Assembly: GCA_044222185.1 (NCBI GenBank)
Contig: JBGANV010000001.1
Coordinates: 640,001-704,000, forward strand
Length of the DNA stretch: 64,000 nucleotides
Source: Planctomycetota bacterium
GTDB taxonomy: Bacteria; Planctomycetota; GCA-002687715; CAIWVZ01
Direction of reading: 5' to 3'
A model generated the notes under the pieces. It made no database searches, had not been told where the DNA came from, and saw nothing but the letters and a program-made list of their open reading frames with translations. Positions 20,068 to 30,020 of this stretch are shown piece after piece. Position 1 is the first letter of the stretch; each line of letters begins with the position of its first letter. The position numbers and the translations under genes were made by a program.

Positions 20068-20670
20068 TCAGGGCGGCGTCGTGCCGCCGCCGGCGATCAG
20101 GTGGTAGAGCCACGCTGCGATGCCGACCATGATCAGCAGAACTCCCACGAGCATGAGCATGCGGAAGAGGAACGGCTGTTGGGAGAGGTCGGCCCGAAGG
20201 AAGCCGAAGGTCCCGGTCTTGCGACGCTGCTTCGACCCGGTCTTCGAAAACTGAAGCGCGCGCTCGGAGACCGTGGCGGTGGAGATCGTCGTGCCGCCGG
20301 CGCCGAACTGGATGACCTCGTCGGGGTTTCCGGCGAGGGCGGCCGCCGGGGAGCGCCGGGTCGTCGCGGGCTCGGGCGCGGCCTCCGGGTCGGCCGAGAA
20401 CCGGAATGCAGTCGTCCCGATGCGCACGACGTCCCCGTCCTTGAGCTCGGCGCGCTCGACCCGCTCCTCGTTGACGTAGGTGCCATTCTTCGAGTTCAGG
20501 TCGATGACGGAGAACCCGCCTGCGGACTTGTAGATCCGGGTGTTCTGCCTCGACGAACCCACGTCCTGGATCGGAATCGCGTTCGACGGCAGCCGTCCGA
20601 TGACCTGCGTGTCGCCGAGCACCATCTCCCGACCTTGGTTTTCGCCGCTCGTGATGATGAGTCTTGCCAT
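20068..20670 (-). CDS. FHA domain protein with C-terminal membrane anchor
   Basis: IGR...SSRQN...DLNSKNGTYVN..LKDGDVVRIG; hydrophobic C-terminal helix. Confidence 0.9.
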   Translation of the reverse strand: MARLIITSGENQGREMVLGDTQVIGRLPSNAIPIQDVGSSRQNTRIYKSAGGFSVIDLNSKNGTYVNEERVERAELKDGDVVRIGTTAFRFSADPEAAPEPATTRRSPAAALAGNPDEVIQFGAGGTTISTATVSERALQFSKTGSKQRRKTGTFGFLRADLSQQPFLFRMLMLVGVLLIMVGIAAWLYHLIAGGGTTPP

Positions 20671-20791
20671 ACGCTCCGGCGGCCATCTTAGGGATCGCCG
20701 CAGCAGGGCGGAAGCCTGCGGGGCGGAAAACCCCCCAGGCGCACGCGCGTTCGATGGGCCTTTCTGACTCCTCCGGTAGGATCGCGGCACG

Positions 20792-21613
20792 ATGACCGAA
20801 GTCGTGATCGACGCGAACAGCGTTGCGTTCGGGTTTCGCAGGAAGAACGTCCTCGTGGACTTCAACCTCAGTGTCAGCGCCGGCGAATCCGTCGTGATGC
20901 TGGGGGCGAATGGCGCAGGGAAGACGACGGCGCTGAGGCTCCTTGCTGGCGAGATTTCGCCGGATGCTGGCCGGGTGCGGGTACTCGGGGGTGATCCGCG
21001 GCGCGCCGAGGTCCGCAGGCGAATGGCGTTCCTGCGCGACTATCCCATGCTCCTGGACTTCCTGACGGTGAGTGAGTGGATCCGTTTCCAGGTGGGGATC
21101 CAGGGGAAATCCGCACCGTCGAAGTCCGCGCTGCAAACGATCCTCGAACGTGTGGGGCTCGAGGCGGTGGCGAAAAAGCGGACGACGGCCTTGAGCAAGG
21201 GCATGAAGCGGCGGTGCGAGCTCGCGTTCCTGCTTTCACTCGATGCGCCGGTCTGGCTGCTCGACGAGCCCGGCGCCGGTCTCGACCCGGCGGGCACTCG
21301 GCTGTTTCGCGAAGTCGTCCATGAGGCTCGCGGTCGTGGAACGGCGGTCCTCTTCTCATCGCACGCGACGTCTGACGCGGTGCTCACAGCGGATCGCACG
21401 GTGATCCTCGAGCGTGGAGCTGCGGCGTTCGCTGGGGACCGTGCGGCGCTGATGGCGCGCCTCGGCGCACGGTCATTCGTCGCGGACGGCTGTCAGGGCG
21501 ATCCGACCGCGGCCATCCGCTCGGCGGTCGAACAGGCCGGCGGCCGGTTGACCGGCCCGGACGTCCCGCTCGAGAAGCTGGACGACATGGTCTCGGGGTC
21601 GGGCGCCCGATGA
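20792..21613 (+). CDS. ABC transporter ATP-binding protein
   Basis: GANGAGKTT, LSKGMKRR, LLDEP, FSSH. Confidence 0.9.
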   Translation: MTEVVIDANSVAFGFRRKNVLVDFNLSVSAGESVVMLGANGAGKTTALRLLAGEISPDAGRVRVLGGDPRRAEVRRRMAFLRDYPMLLDFLTVSEWIRFQVGIQGKSAPSKSALQTILERVGLEAVAKKRTTALSKGMKRRCELAFLLSLDAPVWLLDEPGAGLDPAGTRLFREVVHEARGRGTAVLFSSHATSDAVLTADRTVILERGAAAFAGDRAALMARLGARSFVADGCQGDPTAAIRSAVEQAGGRLTGPDVPLEKLDDMVSGSGAR

Positions 21614-22743
21614 TCCGATCCGCGGTTTCGTGCTTCAGGGTTTCCCTGCTCGCGATTTCTCGCGGGCCGCTGATCGCCGCTTCGATCGTCGTATTCGTCT
21701 GCCTGCTCGCGGCGCTGCCGACCGTTCGCGCGGACGACCGGGCCGAGCTTTTGCGGCAGCACGTCGCGTGGGAACTGTCCGGAGGCGCCGCGATCCTGTT
21801 CATCCTCGCCGTGACCCTTCCCATCGGTCGAGGTGCGCAACTCCAACGCGAACGTGACGCGCGCATCGCCGGCCGGATGGTCGCCACTTTGGCCCACGCT
21901 CTGGCGCTCGTCGTCGTGTTGTTGACGGTCGGTTGCGCCCTCGCGCTCGTGGGCTTCGTCTGGTTGCGTGCGCGGTTCGGTGAGCCCGATGCGCTGATCC
22001 CGACTCCCGTCGTTCGTGACGTGCTCGCCATGTCCGCCGAGACGATCCGCCTCACACCGGGCGAGCGCACGGCTGCCCTGGTGCTGCGGTTCGACGCAAC
22101 TGGGGTCGGTGGGGCGACCCTCTCGCTGCGGCCGGTGATTTCCTTCACTCCAATCAACGGGCCCGCGTCCCGCGCGACGCGCCCCCGTCTCGAAATCGAG
22201 GTGACGTCACGCGGTCGGTCGGCGCGACACGAACTGGAGTTCCGGGACGGCGGCGCCACGGAGATTCCCGTCCCGTTCGGAAGCGCAGGACTTGCCTCCG
22301 AGTCGGCGACGCTTCGATTTCGCATGGTGGGTGAGGGGCGGCAGTTCGAGTTTCGAGCCGGAGACGTCATCGTGCTGGGCGCGCGGGGTCGCATCCTTCC
22401 GGCCCTGGCTCGGGGATTCGCCGTGCTTGCGTTGGCAGCGGGCGTGATCGGCGTCCTCCTTCTGTGGTTCGCCGGATTCTCGTCGGCGCCCATCGCGTTC
22501 GCCGCAGTGTTGACGACGGTGCTGGTCTCGGCGGTCGCTGCGGCGTGGGAGCCGGGTGCCGCGGCAGCATGGATCCCTGCGTTCGTGTTCGGGGACGCCG
22601 ATCCCTCGCAGAGGGTTCGTGCGGGCTGGGGCGTTGGGTGGTGTGACGTCGGGGAGTGCGCGGCGCGGTGCGCGGTGTACACGGTGGCCGTATCCGTCGG
22701 CGCCTGGTTCCCGCGCAGACCCGAAGCGGGGAGATCGTCATGA
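21610..22743 (+). CDS. Divergent ABC-2-type permease with inserted extracytoplasmic domain
   Basis: N- and C-terminal TM clusters around a soluble beta-rich insert; ATGA-coupled to the ATPase. Confidence 0.55.
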   Translation: MIRSAVSCFRVSLLAISRGPLIAASIVVFVCLLAALPTVRADDRAELLRQHVAWELSGGAAILFILAVTLPIGRGAQLQRERDARIAGRMVATLAHALALVVVLLTVGCALALVGFVWLRARFGEPDALIPTPVVRDVLAMSAETIRLTPGERTAALVLRFDATGVGGATLSLRPVISFTPINGPASRATRPRLEIEVTSRGRSARHELEFRDGGATEIPVPFGSAGLASESATLRFRMVGEGRQFEFRAGDVIVLGARGRILPALARGFAVLALAAGVIGVLLLWFAGFSSAPIAFAAVLTTVLVSAVAAAWEPGAAAAWIPAFVFGDADPSQRVRAGWGVGWCDVGECAARCAVYTVAVSVGAWFPRRPEAGRSS

Positions 22744-23846
22744 CCCGCGGCCTGTTCGCGCTGGGCGTGGCCCTCGTCCTCGCCGTGGTCCAGACACGCC
22801 TTCCGTTCGCGCCGGCGGTCGTGTCGAACGATCCGGGGGAGCGCGCCGTAGCCATGCTCGGTGGCATCGTTCGCCCGAGCGTCGTTCAGGTGCTCTGGCT
22901 CGAGGCGGAAGCGGCTCTGCGCGAACGGCGACTGTTCGATGCAGTCGATAGGCTGCGGCTTCTCGAGATCGCCGATCCGGGGAACTGGCGCGCGGCGCAG
23001 TTCCGGGCGTTCGTGCTCGCTCACGACATCTGTGAGCGCGAGGCGACGGACGACGTGCGCGTGGCGCGTGTGCTCGAAGCCATGAGTGTTCTGGATCGTG
23101 CGGCGCGAGCGACGTCCGAGCCCGATCCGCTGTTCGCCCTCGGTCAGATGCTCCTCGAAGACCGGTTCTGGAACGAATCGCTGTCCCGCGGCATCGAGCG
23201 GGTTCGCAAGGAGTCACCGAGGATGATCGCTGCCAAGGCACTCGACGAGGCCTGCGTGCGGGCTCCCGGTGCTCGGTCCGTTGCGCTCCTCGCGATGGAG
23301 GCGTGGCGGCGCGCGGGGATCGAGGAGCTCATGCGCCGAGGTGACGTGGACGTCGCTCGCGCCAGTTTCGATCACGCACGCGCCGCCGCGGCGCGCTTGC
23401 CGTCAACCGACTCGGCGGCTGCGGCCCTAGTCCGCGCATGGGCCGAAGTGCTGGATGCCGTGCAGGGCGGCCCGACGCGCGACTTGCCCGAGGCTGGAGC
23501 GCGTCTGGGCGCGCTCGTCGCACGGATCTGCCCACCGGGAAGCACCCTCGACGATTCGGAGGCGGTCTTCGCCATGGCGCTTCCCAGAGTGCTCGTACGA
23601 ACGTCGGAAAAGCACCTCGCGAGGCCGGCGGGCGGGCCCGCCGCCTTGTCCGCGATCCAGGCGGCTCATAGGATCCGCGCTCTCGTCGAGCCGTGTATCT
23701 CCCGCGAGAATCGCGCGCTCGTCCGATCGATGGTCGATCAGGCCCGCTGGCGGAAGGCTCTCGACGACATCCAGTCGAAGGATCCTTCGACCCATGGTGC
23801 CGTAGCCGAGTTGCGCCGCGAACTCGACTCATGGCGGGACGAGTGA
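22740..23846 (+). CDS. Membrane-anchored helical (TPR-like) hypothetical protein of the ABC cluster
   Basis: N-terminal hydrophobic segment; LGG...VLWLEA...DP..W..QF.AF.LA.DI; ATGA-coupled. Confidence 0.55.
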   Translation: MTRGLFALGVALVLAVVQTRLPFAPAVVSNDPGERAVAMLGGIVRPSVVQVLWLEAEAALRERRLFDAVDRLRLLEIADPGNWRAAQFRAFVLAHDICEREATDDVRVARVLEAMSVLDRAARATSEPDPLFALGQMLLEDRFWNESLSRGIERVRKESPRMIAAKALDEACVRAPGARSVALLAMEAWRRAGIEELMRRGDVDVARASFDHARAAAARLPSTDSAAAALVRAWAEVLDAVQGGPTRDLPEAGARLGALVARICPPGSTLDDSEAVFAMALPRVLVRTSEKHLARPAGGPAALSAIQAAHRIRALVEPCISRENRALVRSMVDQARWRKALDDIQSKDPSTHGAVAELRRELDSWRDE

Positions 23847-23904
23847 CGATCACCTGAGGCCCGCGCCCCCTCGGCCCGCGCCCAACCGAAACCGAGTTTG
23901 AAGA

Positions 23905-24360
23905 GTGACCACGTCCGAGCCCAAGACGCGTCTTTCGCCCGAGGAAGTGTGTGACCTCGCGGTCGAGATCCTGCTCGATCGCAAGGCGTACGACATCCTC
24001 GTCCTCGACATCTCCAAGTGTTCCGACCTCGCCGACTACATGGTGATCTGCAGCGCGCGCAATGCACGCCAGACCCAGGCGATCGCTGCCCAGCTCTCCG
24101 AGCGTTTGAAGAAGGCCGGCGTACGGCGCGTGTCCGTCGCAGGAACCGAGGTCGGTTCCTGGGTCGTGCTGGACTACGGTGACGTGTTCATCCACGTCAT
24201 GCAGACTCAGGCGCGCTCCTATTACGACCTCGAGGCCCTCTGGGGCGACGCGAAGACCGTGAAGAAGCTCGAGGGGGAGAAGCCCCGCGGATTGGGTGAC
24301 GTGGATGACGTCGATGCGGAGCCGGATGAATCGGATGAGGACGACGACGGCGAGGAATGA
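23905..24360 (+). CDS. rsfS: Ribosome silencing factor RsfS (Iojap) with acidic tail
   Basis: DRKAYDI..LD...ADYMVICS..RQ..AI, WVVLDYGDVFIHVM...RSYYDLEALWGDA. Confidence 0.95.
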   Translation: MTTSEPKTRLSPEEVCDLAVEILLDRKAYDILVLDISKCSDLADYMVICSARNARQTQAIAAQLSERLKKAGVRRVSVAGTEVGSWVVLDYGDVFIHVMQTQARSYYDLEALWGDAKTVKKLEGEKPRGLGDVDDVDAEPDESDEDDDGEE

Positions 24361-24392
24361 TGGCGCGCCGTCGCCGTGCGCCCCTCAGCCAC

Positions 24393-24803
24393 TCACTTGG
24401 GAGATTCGTCGATCAGGTCGACCTTGATGGCGAATGAGCCGAGGATCCCCGCGACGTTCTTGCGGAGGTCCGAGCTTTCGGCCACCAGCTCCGTGCCGTC
24501 GTGCGCCGTCAGGCGGTACGCGTGCCCCACGTCGTCGACGTAGCCCAGTCGATTCTGGTTCACGTCGCAAACCTGGTGGATCGTGTGGGGTTTCCCCTCG
24601 CCAGCGACCTCGAAAGTGCGGAGCCACCCGGCGTGTTTGCCGTCGGCCATCACTCGGTGGAGCGCCGTCAGGCGGCGGTCGGCTTGCGGCGCGACTCGGA
24701 TCTCGGGTTGGCTGACAACCACGTCCTCATGCGAGCACGCACCGAGAAAAAGAAGAGGGGCTGCGAGGAGAACTCGACGGAGCCGGTTCGCGACGGAGTG
24801 CAT
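24393..24803 (-). CDS. Hypothetical lipoprotein
   Basis: RRVLLAAPLLFLGAC lipobox. Confidence 0.65.
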   Translation of the reverse strand: MHSVANRLRRVLLAAPLLFLGACSHEDVVVSQPEIRVAPQADRRLTALHRVMADGKHAGWLRTFEVAGEGKPHTIHQVCDVNQNRLGYVDDVGHAYRLTAHDGTELVAESSDLRKNVAGILGSFAIKVDLIDESPK

Positions 24804-25040
24804 GTTTCGCTTATCTGCCTTTTCCTGAAGGTGTTACGTGCGAGGCCGGAGCTTATCAGGCTCGTCTCGCAGCTGCAAGCTCGAGCGTTCGGCCAGCGCA
24901 TTGACATGCGCCCCATGACATTTCGGCATTTGTCGCCGCGCGGGGACGCATGTTTGCCGCGCGCCGCCGCACGAACGGATCGGGTGGCCGGCCGAAGATG
25001 TAACTGTGGAGCCGTGACGTGCACCGAAACGGGCAGATGT

Positions 25041-25067
25041 TGAACCGCCTCGTGACGTTCCGCGTCT
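25041..25067 (+). promoter_or_regulatory. Candidate ECF-type promoter upstream of the sigma gene
   Basis: TGAAC-N17-CGTCT, resembling the AAC/CGT consensus of ECF promoters. Confidence 0.3.
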
Positions 25068-25213
25068 TTGATGGAGGCGGTAGCCGGCCTCGGAGCTGCC
25101 TCCGAGGTTCAGGATCCGCAGAACTCGAGGCAGGTGCGAACAAGCACGGAGGAATGGAACAGGACTTGCGTCTATCAGATTGGAGCGCTGGCTTTCCCGG
25201 AAAGGGCACGGCC

Positions 25214-25828
25214 ATGACTGACTTGTTTCTCGACACCAAACCACTGGACTCTGGGGCAACGATCGCGACCTCTGTCACGGCGCAGGACGACAAGGATCTC
25301 GTCCGGGCGTGTCAGCAGGGCGACGCTTCAGCGTTCGAGAAGTTGGTCACGCGCTACCAGAAGAAGGTCTACTGGATCGCCTACAACCTGGTTGGTGACG
25401 CGGAGGACGCGACCGATCTGGCACAAGAGGCATTCATCCGCGTCTTCAAGTCGCTGGACCGCTTCGACCAGAAGTTCAATTTCTACACCTGGCTTTACAG
25501 GATCGTCGTCAACCTCTCGATCGACCACCTACGCAAGGTGAAGAAGCACGAGGCCGTCAGTCTCGATGACTTCCCGGTCGAGCCGGAGATGATCAACGAC
25601 CCCGAGAAGCCCCTGAAGGACGCGGAACTCGCCAAGCAGATCGAGCAGGTCCTGGCGCTCCTGCCGGAGAAGTACCGAACGGTGATCGTCCTTCGCGACG
25701 TTCACGAGCTCTCCTGCGAGGAGATCGCCAAGATCATCAACTGCACCAACGCGACCACTCGGTGGCGCCTGCACAAGGCCCGCGAGATGTTCAAGGAGCG
25801 TTGGGACCGGCTCGTCGGGCACGCCTGA
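25214..25828 (+). CDS. ECF sigma factor (RpoE/SigW-like)
   Basis: AFEKLVTRYQ, DATDLAQEAFI, FYTWLYRIVVN, LPEKYR..IVLRD...EEIA...RWRLHKAR. Confidence 0.95.
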   Translation: MTDLFLDTKPLDSGATIATSVTAQDDKDLVRACQQGDASAFEKLVTRYQKKVYWIAYNLVGDAEDATDLAQEAFIRVFKSLDRFDQKFNFYTWLYRIVVNLSIDHLRKVKKHEAVSLDDFPVEPEMINDPEKPLKDAELAKQIEQVLALLPEKYRTVIVLRDVHELSCEEIAKIINCTNATTRWRLHKAREMFKERWDRLVGHA

Positions 25829-25915
25829 GCAGGGCGGTGACGGTCGCCCGATCGTCACCGCCGCGTCCACGTCGCTTCCATCTGCACGCCATGACGTGCC
25901 GGGGCGCGCGTCCAT

Positions 25916-26899
25916 TCAGGGCTTCGTTCCAACGTAGCCCGTCGAGAGGACGACGTCGTCGAACCAGACCACGTTCTCACGCGTGGCATGGTGGATGTAG
26001 AGGCCGAGGTCGAAGCGTTTGAGGGTTACGGCGGCCGAACTGCGCCAGCGAAAGCCCTTCTCGTGCAGGTAGAGGCGGCCGTCGATCCATGCGGCGAGTT
26101 CGCCGTCGGCCTTCCCGATCGAGTTCACCTGGACCATGAGCTCGTAGCCGTGCCACCTGCCTCGATCGGGGACGAACCGTTGCGCGGGCTCCGGGCCGAA
26201 CATGTTGCCCCAGTAGTGGCCGTCGCGGTCTCGCTTCATGTCCATCCAGTAGGTGTAAAGGAACATGAACCCTGGCGCGGGCACGCGGCCCCAGTCCTTC
26301 CAGGCTTCCAATCGCGTCGAGAAGCCGTCGTCACCCATGGGACGAAGTCCCGCGCCGCCCATGCCAGCCCACTTGTCATTGCCGGCGACGCCCGCGAGGC
26401 TGCCGCCGGTGTGGTTCAGGTCGCCCTGGTCGTAGTCCGGCGCGAACCGCAGGTAGTACCGCAGGTGGACTCGTTCGTGGTTCTCCTGGCCGAACCACAA
26501 GGTCGCGCCGGATCCGGAAGAGCGCCCCCCCGCGGCCGGAGCCGCGAGCCTCAGCGCCCCGCGGCCCGAGTGCGCCGCACCCGGCGACTCGTCGATCCGC
26601 GCCCGCCCATCGTCGTCGCCGCGGACCTCGAAGTAGTCCTTCAACGTGCGCGACGATTCGAAGTCGTGCGACTTCAGGATTCGCCCCGCCTGCTCGAGGC
26701 CAGCGAGCGCCTTCGCGTTGGCGCGCGTCGCCTCCGTCACGAGGGTGGGGTAGGGGCGGTCTTCCTCGCGCGTGGTCGGACGGGAGTCCTGCCCGCACGT
26801 CCGGCCTTCCGACGCGATGAGCGCGACCATCACGGTGACCGCACGGACCATCCACCGAATCCGCACGTCCGACCGCGCGACCGAAGCGCTGATGTTCAT
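25916..26899 (-). CDS. Exported polysaccharide-lyase-like beta-jelly-roll protein
   Basis: Signal peptide (TCG|Q); HDFE, HLRYYLRFAPDY, GRWHGYELMVQVN..G.ADGELAAWIDG, VWFDDVVLST; start uncertain. Confidence 0.6.
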   Translation of the reverse strand: MNISASVARSDVRIRWMVRAVTVMVALIASEGRTCGQDSRPTTREEDRPYPTLVTEATRANAKALAGLEQAGRILKSHDFESSRTLKDYFEVRGDDDGRARIDESPGAAHSGRGALRLAAPAAGGRSSGSGATLWFGQENHERVHLRYYLRFAPDYDQGDLNHTGGSLAGVAGNDKWAGMGGAGLRPMGDDGFSTRLEAWKDWGRVPAPGFMFLYTYWMDMKRDRDGHYWGNMFGPEPAQRFVPDRGRWHGYELMVQVNSIGKADGELAAWIDGRLYLHEKGFRWRSSAAVTLKRFDLGLYIHHATRENVVWFDDVVLSTGYVGTKP

Positions 26900-27128
26900 G
26901 GCACACGATGGTGCCCTCGCGGCTGCCGCGACGAAAGTGACTCGCTGGATGCCTCGGCGGCGCGCGCCTTGGCGTCGGCGCGCCGCCTGGATCGCGCCCC
27001 CCGCGCGCCCCCCGCGCACTTCGGAAACCGACGGTCGGCTTGCCTGGGTGCACGCGGTTTCCCGTCGGTGGCCCAATCCAGGCTGCCTGCTGACTGCCCC
27101 CCGTCCTGATATCCTTCGCGGCAACACC

Positions 27129-27202
27129 GGGCCCTTAGCTCAATCGGTCAGAGCTGCGGACTCATAATCTGCTGGTTGCCGGTTCGAGTCCGGCAGGGCC
27201 CA
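27129..27202 (+). tRNA. tRNA-Ile2 (anticodon CAU, lysidine type); CCA not encoded
   Basis: GGGCCCT/AGGGCCC acceptor stem, GCGGA-CTCATAA-TCTGC anticodon arm, GGTTCGAGTCC T arm, discriminator A; resembles E. coli ileX rather than tRNA-Met. Confidence 0.9.
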
Positions 27203-28557
27203 TCAGCGGCAAGGTCGTGGCGGGCGCAGAGTTTCGTCGAACGGGGAGGACGCGCGCGGCGACTGCCTCCGCCGCCGATTGCCAGAATACTGCCAACTTC
27301 GTTCGCGTCCGCCGTCGGATTCGGCGCCGCGACGAGCGAAGCGACCTTGTCGATCGCGGCGAGCGAGTCCGACAGTCGGAGGTCGGTGTAGTGCTTGAGC
27401 GTCAGCCTCGGATCCTGATGCCCGAGGACGCGCGAGACGATCGCGACGTCGAGCCCGTGGCGGAACATGCGGGTTGCGGCCGAGCCGCGAAGCGCATGCA
27501 GGTCGAGGACGCGCCCGTTTTCGTCGGTGTGGGCGATGCCCGCATGGTCCAGGACGCGACGGAGCAACTTCAACGTGTTCGAGCTGTCGTCCGGGTCGTG
27601 AGCGCGGCCGAGCGGCGTGAGGAAAACGCGATCCGTCGAAAGGCGAGGTCCGTCCCGTCGCGTGTGGAACGCCCGAAGGTCTGCGAGGTCCTCCGCAAGT
27701 TGCTGGGATAGGGGAACCTGTCGGGAGCGGTGGTTCTTCGCGGTCCCGGCCTGCACGGTGAGGGACCGTCGTTCGATGTCGACGTCGGCCCAGACAAGCG
27801 ACGCCGCTTCACCCCAGCGGAGGCCCGTCCATAGGATCGCGCGAAAGAGCGGCGCCTGGGGAACGGGCGCCGTGCGCGGGCGCATCGCGTACGCGAGTCC
27901 CTTGGAACCTCCTGCGATCGTGCGTTCGGCAAGCATCGACGCCTCGCGCTCGCGGTCCTCGTCTTCTGCCGCACGCAGGAACCTACCGGTCTCCTCCTCC
28001 GTCAGCGCGCGACGCTTCGTCCGTACGGTCGATTCGTCGACCGGAAGCGGCCGGATTCCGGCGATCGGATTGGCGACGATGAGCCCGGTGCGCACTGCCC
28101 AATTCAGGCCGGACCGCAGCGAACCGACTTCGATGTTCGCCGTGCGGAAACTCGCGCCTTGCGCGATGCGCTTCCTTCGACGCTCGATGATCAGGGTCGG
28201 CGTGACGTCGCGAACCTGGATGGATCCGAACGCCGCTCGGAGACGGCCGAGTTGCTCCTGCACCCGACGCACGTATCTCGGCCTGCGCATGGATGCGAGG
28301 TCCGACAGGTAGGCGTCGACCACTTCACCGAGAGCGCGCTCGTTCCCATCCTCGCGCACGAGCCCGCTGATGGCGAGGTCGCGCTCGCGGACGAGCTTCG
28401 CGAGCATCCTTTCCGCGACCACCTTGTCCGTGCTCAGGGTTCAACGGTGCCGCTTGCCGTCTGAGCCGGCCCGGTCGCCGAGGTATGCAAACCGCCCGTC
28501 GGCGCCCTTCTGCCGAATCAGTCGTCCTCGGCCCCGCCCCTTCTGTCGTTCGCTCAT
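27148..28557 (-). pseudogene. Tyrosine recombinase/integrase with in-frame TGA at codon 39 (28441-28443); 3' end runs antisense into the tRNA
   Basis: GGAG RBS + ATG 28557: MSERQKGRGRG...DGKRHR*TLSTDKVVAERM; catalytic R (TGLRWGE), K (AKN), HxxR (HALR), H (LGH), Y (KHY) intact. Confidence 0.8.
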
Positions 28558-29340
28558 GTCGCGCTCCGTTCGCATCCGTCGTGGAGTTCGGCTGTACGAT
28601 CTTCAGCCAAAGGAGTGTCACGATGAAAGGCTTTCTTACTGGTGCTTGTGCCGCGACCGTGCTGTTCGCGTTGACGTCGTTCGCGTACTGGTCGGGAAAA
28701 ACGGAGAGCGCTGTCTCGCCAGCACTGGTAGCGAAACCAACCGGACCTGTCGTCCTCCGCGATTTGCCGCTCAATCGGTCGTTCCAGGCGAACGTCCCCT
28801 ACAGCAACAACGACGTGTTCGCCCAGATGAGTCTTCAATGTCCTCCGACCGCGGGAGTCGCAATCACTCAGATTGTCGGCTCTGCGAACATCGGTGGCGG
28901 CGGCATCTATCGGGTAGAGATCCGGATCAACGGCACGACCGTTGCTCGCCGTGGGCCACCCCAAACCACAAGTGGGGCGGCAGTGCCAGCAGCCGTCGAG
29001 TTCACGTTTGACCCGCCGATCATCGCGCCTCCGAACGCCGCGATCATGCTCGTAATCGAAGATCCTTGGTACTACCCCACCATTGGAAGCTTGACGATCG
29101 GCGGCTGGACCCTCGGTCTCGGCGACGTGTGAGATGGCGCGAAGCGCAGATGCAGAGACAAGGTCGATAGCCTTCGGCGCGCAGGCGAGAGGCCGGGTCC
29201 CCCCTTCGCGGCAGGCTGGCCCGCGGGTTCACCTTCGTCGCGATCCATGCGCCCGTGAGACAAGCGCCGACGCGCGCGGCGTGGTGTCGGGTCGGTGAGG
29301 TGGCGCTGGATCGAGCACAGGGCGGCGGGGCGTGATGCTC
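27203..29340. mobile_element. tRNA-anchored integrative element remnant (right boundary unknown)
   Basis: Integrase converges on the tRNA 3' end; no duplicated tRNA 3' end found by eye. Confidence 0.45.
28623..29132 (+). CDS. Hypothetical exported/membrane-anchored beta-rich protein
   Basis: AAGGAG RBS, ATG 28623, hydrophobic N-terminus. Confidence 0.7.
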   Translation: MKGFLTGACAATVLFALTSFAYWSGKTESAVSPALVAKPTGPVVLRDLPLNRSFQANVPYSNNDVFAQMSLQCPPTAGVAITQIVGSANIGGGGIYRVEIRINGTTVARRGPPQTTSGAAVPAAVEFTFDPPIIAPPNAAIMLVIEDPWYYPTIGSLTIGGWTLGLGDV

Positions 29341-29890
29341 AAAGGAGAACGGCCTGGAAAACCATCCGCAGACGTCGATTCCCATGGTTTTCCGTGGTCT
29401 CGACGAGCGTCACCGGCGCATCGTCGGAGAACGTCTGTCCTCCGCCCGGGACCTTCCATGCGTAGATGCCCGCACTTCGTGCTCCCTCGAACTCGCGGGG
29501 CATGACCGCGTCGATCCAGATGGTCTGCCCGAAGCCGTCGGTCTCCCCCTTGAACGCGTACTTCAGCAGGTGGTTGGGGCCCGATTCGTTGGGCGTGCAA
29601 TCGAGCGTCACCAGTCCCACGTGGTTCAGCGTGAGCGGCCCGTCGTTCGAGTGATTCGAACCGAGTTGCTGAGTGGCCACGATGGCCTCGGAATCAGCAT
29701 CGATCGCGGTCATGTCGAAGCGCAACCCGCGTTTCGGGCCGTGGTACTCGATGCGGCAGAACTGGCTTCCGTGGCTCGTGGATTGCTGAAGCAGAGTCAC
29801 TGCATCTCCAGGCGCCTCGACCGCGTGGATCCTCACGCGTCCCGAGGGCAGCGCGTCTCGCGAGCAGCTGAAGTGGGTTCCGACGACCAC
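29339..29890 (-). CDS. Hypothetical protein, possibly lipoprotein; start codon unclear
   Basis: Non-shadow composition; upstream in-frame KRNFQLACALVVVGTHFSC resembles a signal peptide but lacks an ATG. Confidence 0.45.
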   Translation of the reverse strand: MVVGTHFSCSRDALPSGRVRIHAVEAPGDAVTLLQQSTSHGSQFCRIEYHGPKRGLRFDMTAIDADSEAIVATQQLGSNHSNDGPLTLNHVGLVTLDCTPNESGPNHLLKYAFKGETDGFGQTIWIDAVMPREFEGARSAGIYAWKVPGGGQTFSDDAPVTLVETTENHGNRRLRMVFQAVLL

Positions 29891-30020
29891 GAGGGCGCAC
29901 GCGAGTTGGAAATTCCTCTTCGCCCGGCTCCGTCCTTGGGTGGTTTCGATGACGAGGGTCGCCGCACGCGTGCGGTGGCGGGTCCGGTCAGGCCGCTGCC
30001 GCCGCCACCGCTGGCGTGTG

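Noticed and set aside
27129-27202. tRNA-Met (elongator or initiator)
   Set aside because: Paired G1-C72 and no triple G-C anticodon stem rule out the initiator; overall sequence resembles lysidine tRNA-Ile2, though tRNAscan isotype models should confirm.
28441-28443. Integrase in-frame TGA as a second selenocysteine
   Set aside because: Context (GKRHR*TL) calls for Arg, not a redox Cys; a CGA>TGA transition is simpler.
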